Numbered from the stretch's first letter, positions 36,934 to 46,300 are shown. The stretch: 64,000 nucleotides of DNA from an uncultured Gemmatimonadales bacterium (GCA_963716255.1 OY970303.1:1600001-1664000); one strand, 5' to 3'. The notes: generated by a model not told the origin, from the sequence alone. Translations and numbers: made by a program.

Positions 36934-38382
36934 ATGGCGACACAGGACGCGCGCACCGTTTTCGTGGATGGCCTGCGCGTTACGGCCGACCACCTCCAGC
37001 ACCTCCAGGACCGCCTGCGCGAGAGCGTCACGGACCTGCGCCGCGTGGTGGGGACGGGGAGCATCGCGTGGGGGCTGGTGGCGTCCGCGGACGGCGACCG
37101 GGTGCGCGTGGAGCCGGGACTCGCCTTTTCCCCCGGCGGGCTGCGCCTGTCGCTGGACTCCGCCGTGGCGCTGGACGTCCCCGCGGACAAGGGGAGCTGG
37201 CGCCTGGTGCTGCGCGCCACCAACGCCGACGTGGAGTCGCTGCGCGTGGGAAGCCGCCCCACCCTGGTGACGCTGCAGACCAAGGCCGTGCTCGTCCCCG
37301 CCGACAACGAGAAGGCGCCGGGGCAGGACGCGCTCGCCGTCGCCACGGTGACGCGCAGGGGCCGGGCGGTGGAGGTGGAGCAGGACGAGAAGCTGTTCGT
37401 CCCCGCCGGGCGCCACTCCCACAGCGGCAAGCACTACCAGGACGCCGAGGGGCGCTGGCTCTACGACGGCGCGAAGCTCCAGGCGGGCGGGGCGGCGGCC
37501 GGCGCCAAGGGCGACCCCGGCCCCGCGGGGCCCCAGGGCCAGCCCGGCCCCAAGGGAGACGCGGGCCCGAAGGGCGACAAGGGGGACCGGGGAGACCCGG
37601 GGCCGCAGGGGCCCGCCGGGCCTCCGGGCACCGCCGGAGCGGGAGGGACCGGTACCGGGACGGCCGGACCCGCCGGACCCCAGGGACCCGCCGGGCCCAA
37701 GGGAGACATCGGGGCGGCCGGGCCCGCCGGGGCCAGGGGAGACACGGGGGCGAAGGGCGACGCCGGGCCTGCCGGACCCGCGGGGCCCAAGGGAGACACC
37801 GGACCGGCCGGGCAGGCGGGTCCGGCCGGCCCCCAGGGGCCGCAGGGGCCCGCCGGCCCCGCGGGGACGGGAAGCGCGGCGGACACCACCTGGCCGCACG
37901 TCACCGGCGTCTCCTGGCCGCACGACGGCAAGCTCACCGCGGCGAACGCGGCGGAGCGGCTCAGGGCCATCACCTTCCAGCTCTCGGCGCCGCTCCACCC
38001 GGACCTGGTCGCCTCGGTGCCGGACGTGGTCCAGGTGTGGGTGGAAAGCTCGAACGCGCAGGCCATCCTCCCGGTGCTGAGCCTCGCCGGAGCGCTGAAG
38101 CTGGACGGACAGACCATCAACTGGACCACCTCGCACGCGGCGGACGTGCTCACCAAGTCGCTCCCGGTGGGCGCGCGGGTGCTGGTGCGGCTGCACTGCG
38201 GCGTGCTCTTCGACGCCAAGAAGCGGCCCTTCTCCTCCACCGCGGCCGGGCTCAACGGCATCCCCGTCCCCACCTTCCCGGGAGGTGTGCTGGAAAGCTG
38301 GTTCTCCATCGCCGCCATCCGGATCGACCCGAACATCCTCACCCGCGCCGACCGGACGATCAACCCGTTCATCGTCCGCTGA
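36934..38382 (+). CDS. Tail fibre-like protein with a collagen triple-helix shaft
   Basis: RBS GAGGAG then ATG 36934. N-domain [15 protein letters not shown]...IAWGL...VRVEPGLAF resembles eCIS fibre/baseplate-attachment domains. Gly-X-Y repeats at 37501-37869, then a globular C-domain. Confidence 0.8.
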   Translation: MATQDARTVFVDGLRVTADHLQHLQDRLRESVTDLRRVVGTGSIAWGLVASADGDRVRVEPGLAFSPGGLRLSLDSAVALDVPADKGSWRLVLRATNADVESLRVGSRPTLVTLQTKAVLVPADNEKAPGQDALAVATVTRRGRAVEVEQDEKLFVPAGRHSHSGKHYQDAEGRWLYDGAKLQAGGAAAGAKGDPGPAGPQGQPGPKGDAGPKGDKGDRGDPGPQGPAGPPGTAGAGGTGTGTAGPAGPQGPAGPKGDIGAAGPAGARGDTGAKGDAGPAGPAGPKGDTGPAGQAGPAGPQGPQGPAGPAGTGSAADTTWPHVTGVSWPHDGKLTAANAAERLRAITFQLSAPLHPDLVASVPDVVQVWVESSNAQAILPVLSLAGALKLDGQTINWTTSHAADVLTKSLPVGARVLVRLHCGVLFDAKKRPFSSTAAGLNGIPVPTFPGGVLESWFSIAAIRIDPNILTRADRTINPFIVR

Positions 38383-38404
38383 CCCATTCCGCAACCGAAT
38401 CGCC

Positions 38405-38608
38405 ATGCATACGCTGCTCCGCTCCGTTCCGCCGAAGAGTCTCCTGTTCCAGGCCGCGCCCTCCGGCGTGGCCGCGCTGGTGATCGCCGAGCTCTTCTAC
38501 AAGTGGCACAGCTTCACGCTGGAGTGCATGGGCTTCCTCGCCACCTGGTACGCCGTCGACCTGGCGCTCGGGGGCGCGCGGCGGCTCGCGGAGCGGGCGC
38601 GCACGTAG
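38405..38608 (+). CDS. Small (67 aa) hydrophobic protein at the end of the injection-system operon
   Basis: ATG 38405. Two hydrophobic segments flank [14 protein letters not shown]. Confidence 0.6.
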   Translation: MHTLLRSVPPKSLLFQAAPSGVAALVIAELFYKWHSFTLECMGFLATWYAVDLALGGARRLAERART

Positions 38609-38743
38609 CCTGGGGCCGGCTCGCCCCAGCTGTGGCGGGCGTGTCCCCATCTCCGTGCAGACCGCCGCCGCGCGCCGCACGCGGCGGCGGAAAAACAACA
38701 GGGCACACGGTCGTTCCCGGGCCGCCCCGGCGGGGTGGCGCCG

Positions 38744-38758
38744 GGGTACACGCTTTGC
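38744..38758 (+). promoter_or_regulatory. Candidate sigma-54 (-24/-12) promoter of the STAND gene pair
   Basis: GGGTACACGCTTTGC matches GGYAC-N5-TTGC spacing, ~70 nt upstream of the ATG at 38830. Confidence 0.4.
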
Positions 38759-38829
38759 CCTGAACCGAAGGTCGGCGTGCCTCCGGCGCCTCCGGGACCC
38801 ACCGCACCAACCTCACCCGAGAGGGGGCC

Positions 38830-41800
38830 ATGCCCAGCGCAGACCTCACGGCCGCGATCCAGGCGGAGATCCGCGGAAACGTCAGCGGCCAGGTGGCCGT
38901 GGGCACCCACATCCTGCAGATCGGCTCCGTCCACGGCGGCGTGGTCAACGTGGCGGTCCCCGAGCAGCGCCCGGTGCCCCGGCCGCGCGCCGCGCCCGTC
39001 CTCCTCCGCCCGCGTCCCTTCCCCGGCTTCCTGGGACGCGGAGACGAGGTGGAGTCCGCCGTGGCGGCGCTCCGCTCCGCGCGCCCCGTGCAGCTGTCCG
39101 GCCCCCCCGGCGCCGGGAAGACCTCCCTCCTCCGCCACCTGGCCCACCACGCCGTCACCGCGGACTTCCCGGGCGGCGTCGCCTTCCTGTCCGCGCTGCG
39201 GCAGGGCACGGACGACCTCCTCCAGTCGCTCTTCGAGGCGCTCTTCCAGACCGACGCCCCGCTGAAGCCCACCCGCACCGAGCTGAGCCTCCTCCTGCAG
39301 GGGTGGCAGGCGCTGGTGGTGCTGGACGACGTGGAGCTGCCGCGCGAGGAGGTCGAGCGCATCCAGAACACGGCGCCCGGGTGCACCTTCCTGTGGTCGG
39401 CCCCCGAGCGGCAGGGATGGGGCGAGGTGCGCTCCCTCCCGCTGGAAGGGCTCTCCGCGGAGGAGGCCCGCGCCCTCCTGGAGCGCGAGCTGGAGCGCCC
39501 GCTGGACGCCGCCGAGCAGGCGGAGCTCGACGCGCTCCGCGAAGCGACCGGCGGCTACCCGCTTCCCCTGCTCCAGTCGGCGGCGCGCGTGCGCGAGGAC
39601 GGGGTGTCGCTGCACGACGTGGTGGAGCGCCTGCGCGGGGCCGCCGCGCCCGCCGCGGCCGGAACCGATGCCGTGGCGGAGCTCCCGGGGCCGCGCCGCG
39701 AGCTGGTGGTGCTGCTGGCCGCGCTCGGCGGCGCCCTGGTGCTGCCGGAGCACGCGGCCGCCGTCGCGGGCGTGCCCGGGGCCGCGGAGGAGCTGGAAGA
39801 GCTGGAGCGGCGCGGCCTGGTGCAGCGCCAGGGCGAGCGCTTCCGCGTGCTGGAGCCGCTCGCGGGCGCCGTGCGGGCGAAGTGGGACGGCGCGCCCTCG
39901 CGCGAGCGGGCGCTGGCCTACTTCACCGCGTGGGCCGAGCAGCAGTGGAACGCCCCAGCCGAGATCCTGGAAGAGAGCGACGTCCTCCTGCTCCTGCTGG
40001 AGGAGGCGGTGAAGGCGGGCGCGTGGCCGGAGGTGCTGCGCCTGGGGCGGCGGGTGGAGGGCGCCCTCGCCCTCGCCGGGCGGTGGGACGCCTGGAAGCG
40101 GGTGGTGGAGTGGCTCCGCCAGGCCTCCGAAAAGGCCGGCGACCGGCGCGGGGTGGCGTGGGCGCTCCACCAGCTGGGCACGCTGGCGCTCTGCGCGGGC
40201 GACACGGCGACCGCGCAGGCCGCGCTGACGCAGGCGCTGCGGGAGCGCGAGTCGCTGGGCGACCGCGAGGCCGCGCGCGTCACCCGCCACAACCTGGACC
40301 TCCTCGCCCCCCCGGTCCCGGAGCGGCCCGATCGGGAGGCCGGCCGGGTGCGGGAGGCGGTGCGCCGCTCGCGGAAACCGCTCGTGGCCGCGGCCGTCGT
40401 GGCGGCGCTGGGCGTGGGGGGCGTCGTATCCGTGCTGAGCCGCGAGCCCGACCCGCCCACGCCGCCGCCGCGGCGGCAGCAACAGCAGCAGGAACAGCAG
40501 CAACAGCAGCAGACGACGACGCTGCCGCGGGTGGACCTGGACCCGTCGGTGCTGGCGTTCGGCGAGCAGCCGGTGGGAAGCTCCAGCCAGCCCATCGTGG
40601 TGCGCCTCATCAACCGCGGCCGCGACGGGCTCCCCATCGGCGGGGTGGCGGTGAGCGGGAGCGACTTCCGCATCGCCGACGACGGCTGCACCGGGGCCGC
40701 GGCGCTGGAGCCGGGCGGGGAGTGCAGCCTGAGCGTCCTGTTCACCCCGGCGTCCTCCGGGCGCAGGGACGCCCGCATCGCGGTGGTCGACGCCGCGGGG
40801 AGGACCGTCAGCGACGTCCCCGTCACCGGGAGCGGAGCCCCCGCCGCGGTGGATCCGGGCCCGCCGCCCGACTCGACCGTGGAGCCGTCCGACCCCGATC
40901 CGCCGCCGCCGCCGCCGCCTCCGCGGCTCCGGTCCGACCGCCGCTCGCTGGCCTTCGGGTCGCAGCGGGTGGGCGGGGCCGGCGCCGAGCGCCGGGTGCG
41001 GGTGTCCAACGCGGGCGGGAGGCCGGCGCGGGTCACCGGCGTTCGCCTGGAGGGCGGCGGGAGCTTCCAGCTGGCGGGGAGCGGCTGCCAGGGTGCCGTG
41101 CTGGACCCCGGCGAGGGGTGCTCGGTGACCGTCCGCTTCGCCCCGGCGTCCCCGGGTCCGCGCACGGGCACGCTGGTGCTGGAGCACGCGGCGGAGGGCG
41201 GACGGGTGCGGGTGGCGCTGAGCGGCGCAGGGGAGGAGGCGCCCCGGCCGCGGAGCGTGGCCACGGCGGTGCTCACGCCGCGCGAGGGCGTGGACTTCGG
41301 CAGCCGCGAGGTGGGCGCGCCTCCCCTGGAGCGGCGGGTGACGGTGAACAGCCGGGGAAGCGCCCCGCTGGCGGTGGGGGAGGTGGAGGTGCGGGGCGCC
41401 GCCGCCCGGGACTTCACCGCCGCCGCGTCGTGCGCCGGCGAGGTCGCGCCGGCGGGAACGTGCTCCGTCACGGTGCGCTTCGCGCCCTCCGCCGCGGGGC
41501 GGCGGGCCGCCGAGCTGCTGGTGCGCAGCAACGACCCCGCCGGGCCGCAGCGCGTGCCGCTGGCCGGGGTGGGGACCCCGCCGCGGATCGTGGTCGAGGA
41601 GGCCCGTGCCGATGCCAGGCTGAGCGCCGAGCGGCTCGACTTCGGGGAGCGCCCCGTGGGGCCGGTCACCAGCGTCGGCGGTCTGGTGGACGCCCTCGCC
41701 GGCGGCGGACGCATCCTGACCATCCGGAGCACCGGGGGGGCGCCGCTGCGGGTGAGCGCGGTAAGGTTCGAGGGGGCGAACGCGGGCGACTTCAGCGTGG

Positions 41801-42327
41801 GAACGGGGCCGTGCCGCGACCCCGTCGCGCCGCGGAACACCTGCCGCTTCCGGGTCAACTTCGCCCCCGGCGCGCTGGGAGCGCGGCGCGCGACGCTGGT
41901 CGTCGAGGACAACACCGCCGCGTCCCCACGCCGCGTGGCGCTCAGCGGGACGGGAGTGAACGCTCCGCCGCCGCGGGACACGGGAGCACCTCCCGCTCCG
42001 CGGGCCCGGAGCGTGGGGAACCCCGACCCGGACCGCGCGCTGACGCTGTGCCGGAGCGAGGGCAACCCCCGCATCTCCCTGACCTGGGGCGCGGTCTCCG
42101 ACCCGGGCGGCCCGGTGTCGTACAAGGTCACATTCGAGGAGGGGCCCACGGGCGGCGACGCGAATCCGGGCTTTCTGAACACCACCGCAACCACCGTGTC
42201 GGTGGCGGGGCTCGTCTCGGGACGCAGCCTTCGCTGGAACGTGCGCGCGATCGACGCGGCCGGCAACGAGAGCCGTCCCTCGGCGTGGCTGCACGTCACC
42301 TGTCCGGCCGCAGCCGTCATCCGCTGA
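38830..42327 (+). CDS. STAND/NB-ARC-like ATPase + TPR + TM helix + 4 ASH/choice-of-anchor-D Ig domains + FN3-like domain
   Basis: FLGR, Walker A GPPGAGKT, Walker B LVVLDDVE, GGYPL(P)L, TPR-like WALHQLG..., TM PLVAAAVVAALGVGGVVSVL, and four (L/V).FG...VG...C...C.V.F.P repeats. Confidence 0.85.
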   Translation: MPSADLTAAIQAEIRGNVSGQVAVGTHILQIGSVHGGVVNVAVPEQRPVPRPRAAPVLLRPRPFPGFLGRGDEVESAVAALRSARPVQLSGPPGAGKTSLLRHLAHHAVTADFPGGVAFLSALRQGTDDLLQSLFEALFQTDAPLKPTRTELSLLLQGWQALVVLDDVELPREEVERIQNTAPGCTFLWSAPERQGWGEVRSLPLEGLSAEEARALLERELERPLDAAEQAELDALREATGGYPLPLLQSAARVREDGVSLHDVVERLRGAAAPAAAGTDAVAELPGPRRELVVLLAALGGALVLPEHAAAVAGVPGAAEELEELERRGLVQRQGERFRVLEPLAGAVRAKWDGAPSRERALAYFTAWAEQQWNAPAEILEESDVLLLLLEEAVKAGAWPEVLRLGRRVEGALALAGRWDAWKRVVEWLRQASEKAGDRRGVAWALHQLGTLALCAGDTATAQAALTQALRERESLGDREAARVTRHNLDLLAPPVPERPDREAGRVREAVRRSRKPLVAAAVVAALGVGGVVSVLSREPDPPTPPPRRQQQQQEQQQQQQTTTLPRVDLDPSVLAFGEQPVGSSSQPIVVRLINRGRDGLPIGGVAVSGSDFRIADDGCTGAAALEPGGECSLSVLFTPASSGRRDARIAVVDAAGRTVSDVPVTGSGAPAAVDPGPPPDSTVEPSDPDPPPPPPPPRLRSDRRSLAFGSQRVGGAGAERRVRVSNAGGRPARVTGVRLEGGGSFQLAGSGCQGAVLDPGEGCSVTVRFAPASPGPRTGTLVLEHAAEGGRVRVALSGAGEEAPRPRSVATAVLTPREGVDFGSREVGAPPLERRVTVNSRGSAPLAVGEVEVRGAAARDFTAAASCAGEVAPAGTCSVTVRFAPSAAGRRAAELLVRSNDPAGPQRVPLAGVGTPPRIVVEEARADARLSAERLDFGERPVGPVTSVGGLVDALAGGGRILTIRSTGGAPLRVSAVRFEGANAGDFSVGTGPCRDPVAPRNTCRFRVNFAPGALGARRATLVVEDNTAASPRRVALSGTGVNAPPPRDTGAPPAPRARSVGNPDPDRALTLCRSEGNPRISLTWGAVSDPGGPVSYKVTFEEGPTGGDANPGFLNTTATTVSVAGLVSGRSLRWNVRAIDAAGNESRPSAWLHVTCPAAAVIR

Positions 42328-42337
42328 AGGAGGAGAG

Positions 42338-42775
42338 ATGAGCGATTCCACGCAGGGGGGAGACCGCATCACCGGCACGGTCACCGGCGACGTGAGCGGG
42401 CAGGTGGCCATCGGGTCGGGGATCCGGCAGAGCTGGACGGTGGGCGTCCCGGAGCGCCCCACCGAGGACGAGCTGGCCGGCCTGCGGCAGGCGCTGGAGG
42501 AGCTGCGCGCGCAGGTCGCCGCCGCCGCGCCCACCCCCGAGGTGCAGGCGGCCGCCGCGGAGCGGGTGTCGGAGCTGGAAGCGGCGGTGATGCCGGCGGA
42601 GGGCGCCGAGCCCGACCTGACGACGATGGAGTACGTGAAGAAGTGGTTCCTCAAGAACCTCCCCGCGCTCGCCGGCTCGGTGACCAGCCTGGTGGTGCAC
42701 CCGGTGGTGGGAAAGCTGGTGACCGCCGCGGGCGACGCCGCCGTGGCCGAGTTCAACCGCCGCTTCGGCAAGTAG
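42338..42775 (+). CDS. Small helical protein with an N-terminal motif shared with the STAND protein
   Basis: Strong RBS AAGGAGGAG. N-terminal VTGDVSGQVAIGSGIRQ, followed by a helical domain. Confidence 0.85.
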   Translation: MSDSTQGGDRITGTVTGDVSGQVAIGSGIRQSWTVGVPERPTEDELAGLRQALEELRAQVAAAAPTPEVQAAAAERVSELEAAVMPAEGAEPDLTTMEYVKKWFLKNLPALAGSVTSLVVHPVVGKLVTAAGDAAVAEFNRRFGK

Positions 42776-42815
42776 GGCGCGAGGGCGGCTCCGGGAGCGC
42801 ACGTCGCGCCCGGCA

Positions 42816-42849
42816 CGAGGGCCCCGCCGGATCGCCGGCGGGGCCCTCG
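42816..42849 (+). terminator. Perfect 15-bp hairpin downstream of the STAND pair (terminator or RNA-stabilising stem)
   Basis: CGAGGGCCCCGCCGG-ATCG-CCGGCGGGGCCCTCG; no U-tract. Confidence 0.5.
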
Positions 42850-42885
42850 CCGTGTGGCCGGCGACGCCCCCGGCCCCCCCGGCAG

Positions 42886-43182
42886 CCCCCACCCGGCTCG
42901 CTTGAGGCTCGCCACCCTCCCCCGTTCCGGGGGAGGGGAATCTCCATGCTTCGATCCCTGCCTCTCGGGTGTCGTGCTCCCCCTTTCCCCCGCTTGCGGG
43001 GGAGAGGGGGCCGGGGGGTGAGGGGGCCCGAGCGGACTCCAGCGCGATGCCCGCGTGAGGGATGCGAGCGCGAAGCGGCGAGACCCGACGGCAGTATCGT
43101 CGGGGCTCGCCTCCGTTGCAGACGGTTGTTTCGTCTGCTACGGAGCCGCAGCCCGACCCCGCGCCAGCGGGGGCACGCCCGG
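42886..43182 (-). repeat. Structured intergenic repeat, copy 3 (core 43053-43180) with both hairpin modules
   Basis: Reverse complement of the copy 1/2 core. Confidence 0.9.
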
Positions 43183-43296
43183 ATCCCGCTCCTCTTCCTC
43201 CTCACACCCCGTTTGCGGCGAGACACCAGGCTGCTACGTTCAGGAACGCCGCCGCGGGAAACGTGCGGCGTGCGACCGCCAACACGCACCGGGGAC

Positions 43297-43935
43297 ATGG
43301 ATTCACAGCTGGCTCTGGAGATCGTGGGATACGTGGCGTCCGTGCTGGTCGCCGTCTCGCTGATGATGAGCTCCATCCTCAGACTGCGGCTGATCAACCT
43401 GGCCGGCTCGGCCGCGTTCACCGTGTACGGCGTGCTGATCCACGCCTACCCGGTGGCCGTGGTGAACCTGCTGATCGTGTTCATCAACCTGTACTACCTG
43501 CGGCAGATGCTGGGCTCGCGCGAGTACTTCAAGCTGCTGCGCGTGCGCCCCGACTCTGAGTACCTGGGCTACTTCCTGGACTTCTACCGGGCGGACGTGC
43601 AGCGCTTCCTCCCCGGCTTCGCCCACGTGCCGGCGGAGGGGCAGCTCACCTTCTTCGTGCTGCGCGACCTGGTGCCCGCGGGGCTGTTCGTGGGCGAGCT
43701 GCGCGGGGACGGCGCGCTCCTGGTGCTGCTGGACTTCGTCATCCCCCAGTACCGCGACTTCAAGACGGGGCGCTACCTGTTCCGGGACCAGGCGGCGTTC
43801 TTCCGCGAGCTGGGCGTCCGCGAGATCCTGAGCCACCCGGGCAGCCGGGTGCACTCGGACTACCTGCGCCGCATGGGCTTCGCCCCGGCCGCGCCCGGCG
43901 ACCCGGACGGCCTGTTGCGCCTCCCGATATCGTGA
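43297..43935 (+). CDS. YgjV-like membrane protein with a soluble C-terminal domain
   Basis: EIVGYVASVLVAVSLMMSSILRLRLINL.G...F.VYG three-helix N-terminus; DFVIPQYRDFK.G. Confidence 0.7.
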   Translation: MDSQLALEIVGYVASVLVAVSLMMSSILRLRLINLAGSAAFTVYGVLIHAYPVAVVNLLIVFINLYYLRQMLGSREYFKLLRVRPDSEYLGYFLDFYRADVQRFLPGFAHVPAEGQLTFFVLRDLVPAGLFVGELRGDGALLVLLDFVIPQYRDFKTGRYLFRDQAAFFRELGVREILSHPGSRVHSDYLRRMGFAPAAPGDPDGLLRLPIS

Positions 43936-45299
43936 CCCCTCCCCCCGCGCTCGTCCTCCGCTCCCGCCGCGCGGTCCTCCCGGACGGCGTCCGCCCGGCC
44001 TCCGTGCACGTGGCCGGCGGCCGCATCGCGGCGGTGGGCGGCCCCGACGACGCGCCCCACGGGGTCCCGGTGGTGGACGCGGGCGACGCCGTGCTCCTGC
44101 CGGGGCTGGTGGACACGCACGTGCACGCCAACGAGCCCGGCCGCACGGAGTGGGAGGGCTTCGCCAGCGCCACGCGCGCCGCGGCGGCCGGCGGCGTGAC
44201 CACGCTGGTGGAGATGCCGCTCAACAGCGTCCCCGCCACCACCAGCGTCGCCGGGCTGCGCGCCAAGCTGGAGGCGGCGGCGGGGCGCTGCAGCGTGGAC
44301 GTGGGTTTCTGGGGTGGGGTGGTGCCGGGCAACACGGCCGAGCTGCGCCCGCTGTGGGAGGCCGGCGTGCTGGGCTTCAAGTGCTTCCTCGCCCCCTCCG
44401 GCGTGGACGAGTTCGGCCACGTGGGCGAGGCCGAGCTGCGCCTGGCGATGCCCGTGCTGGCGGAGCTGGGCGCGCCGCTGCTGGTGCACGCCGAGCTCCC
44501 CGCCGCGCTGGAGCGCGCCGCCGCCTCCCTGGCCGGGGCCGACCGACGCGCCTACGCCACCTGGCTGCGCTCCCGCCCGCCGGAGGCGGAGACGGAGGCC
44601 GTGGAGCTGCTCGTGCGGCTGTGCCGCGAGTTCGGCACGCGCGTGCACGTGGTCCACCTTTCCTCCGCCGCGTCGCTCCCGCTGCTGCGCAGAGCGCGCG
44701 CGGAGGGGCTGCCCGTCACCGTGGAAACCTGCCCGCACTACCTGCACTTCGCCGCGGAGGACGTCGCCGACGGCGCCACCGAGCTCAAGTGCGCGCCGCC
44801 CATCCGCGGCCGCCGGGACCGCGAGGCGCTGTGGGACGCGCTGGCGGCCGGCGAGATCGACCTGGTGGCGTCCGACCACTCCCCCTGCCCGCCCGCCATG
44901 AAGCGCGGGGACACGGGCGACTGGCTGGACGCGTGGGGCGGGATCGCCTCGCTGCAGCTGGGGCTGCCGGTGGCGTGGACCGGGGCGCGGGCGCGGGGGA
45001 TGGGCCCGGAGCGGCTGGCGGGGTGGATGAGCGCGGCCCCCGCGCGGCTGGCCGGGCTGGAGGCCCGCAAGGGCGCGATCGTCCCCGGGCGCGACGCCGA
45101 CCTGGTGTTGTGGGACCCGGACGGGGAAACCCGGGTGGAGCCGGGGACGCTTCACCACCGCCACCCGCTGACCCCGTACGCGGGCGGCGTCTTTGCCGGC
45201 GCGGTGCGGGCGACGTACGTTCGTGGCACCTGCGTGTACGACCGCGGCCGCTTCCTCCCGGAGCCGGCCGGCCACCTCCTGCTGCGCGACGATCCATGA
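43932..45299 (+). CDS. allB: Allantoinase
   Basis: PGLVDTHVHANEPGRTEWEGF, EMPLNS, GFKCFL, ETCPHY, KCAPPIR, SDHSP, AWGGIASLQ. Confidence 0.95.
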   Translation: MTPPPALVLRSRRAVLPDGVRPASVHVAGGRIAAVGGPDDAPHGVPVVDAGDAVLLPGLVDTHVHANEPGRTEWEGFASATRAAAAGGVTTLVEMPLNSVPATTSVAGLRAKLEAAAGRCSVDVGFWGGVVPGNTAELRPLWEAGVLGFKCFLAPSGVDEFGHVGEAELRLAMPVLAELGAPLLVHAELPAALERAAASLAGADRRAYATWLRSRPPEAETEAVELLVRLCREFGTRVHVVHLSSAASLPLLRRARAEGLPVTVETCPHYLHFAAEDVADGATELKCAPPIRGRRDREALWDALAAGEIDLVASDHSPCPPAMKRGDTGDWLDAWGGIASLQLGLPVAWTGARARGMGPERLAGWMSAAPARLAGLEARKGAIVPGRDADLVLWDPDGETRVEPGTLHHRHPLTPYAGGVFAGAVRATYVRGTCVYDRGRFLPEPAGHLLLRDDP

Positions 45300-46300
45300 C
45301 CGACTTCACGGAGCTGCCGGACCTGGCCTCCGAGCGCCTTGGCGGCGCGGTGCTGGCCGCCAGCGACGAGTTCTTCGCGCCCATGGAGGGGCTGCTGAAG
45401 CCCGGGCCCGCAGAGTGGCGGGAGAACGAGTACACTGAGCGCGGCAAGTGGATGGACGGCTGGGAGACCCGCCGCCACTCCCCCGGCCGCGACTGGGCCA
45501 TCGTCCGGCTGGGGGCGCCGGGGATCGTGCGCGGGGTGGTGGTGGACACCAGCTGGTTCCGCGGCAACTTCCCCGAAGCCTGCTCGCTGGAGGCATGCTC
45601 CGTCCGCGGCACCCCCTCCGCCGCGGAGCTGGCGGGGCCGGGGACGGAGTGGTGGGAAATCGTGCCGCGGTCGGAGCTCCAGGGCGACAGCCGGAACCGC
45701 TTCGCCGTCCGCTCCGACCGGCGGGCCACCCACCTTCGTCTCAGCATCTTCCCCGACGGCGGCGTGGCGCGCCTGCGCGCGCACGGCGACGTGGTGCCGG
45801 AGTGGACCCGCTTCGCGCGCGCGGGCGGCGAGGTGGACCTGGCGGCGCTGGAGAACGGGGGGTGGGTGGTGTCGTGCAGCGACATGTTCTTCGGCCACCG
45901 CCAGAACCTGATCCTCCCCGGGCGCTCCCTCTTCATGGGCGACGGCTGGGAGACGCGCCGGCGCCGCGGGCCGGGGCACGACTGGACCGTCGTCCGCCTG
46001 GCCGCGCCGGGCGCCCTCCACCGCGTGGAGATCGACACCGACCACTTCAAGGGCAACGCCCCGGAGCGCTGCACGCTGGAGGCGATCCACCTGCCCGGCG
46101 CGGACGCCGACGCGCTGGCCGATCCGTCCGCCCCCTGGATGCCGCTCCTCGCCGCGACCGGGCTCCAGCCCCACGCCCGCCACCGCTGGGAGGAGCTGGC
46201 CGACACCGGGCCGGTCACGCACGTGCGCCTGAGCGTGTTCCCCGACGGCGGGATCGCGCGGCTGCGGCTCTTCGGGACGCTCGCCCCCGCCCCGGCGTGA
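45296..46300 (+). CDS. alc: Allantoicase
   Basis: Two repeats: GKWMDGWETRR / MGDGWETRRRR, and FPDGG(V/I)ARLR. Confidence 0.95.
   Translation: MTDFTELPDLASERLGGAVLAASDEFFAPMEGLLKPGPAEWRENEYTERGKWMDGWETRRHSPGRDWAIVRLGAPGIVRGVVVDTSWFRGNFPEACSLEACSVRGTPSAAELAGPGTEWWEIVPRSELQGDSRNRFAVRSDRRATHLRLSIFPDGGVARLRAHGDVVPEWTRFARAGGEVDLAALENGGWVVSCSDMFFGHRQNLILPGRSLFMGDGWETRRRRGPGHDWTVVRLAAPGALHRVEIDTDHFKGNAPERCTLEAIHLPGADADALADPSAPWMPLLAATGLQPHARHRWEELADTGPVTHVRLSVFPDGGIARLRLFGTLAPAPA

Noticed and set aside
21150..38608. Prophage or type VI secretion system
   Set aside because: No capsid, portal, terminase, integrase or replication genes, and no TssJ/L/M, TssK or ClpV. The sheath is a single phage-type gene rather than TssB/TssC.
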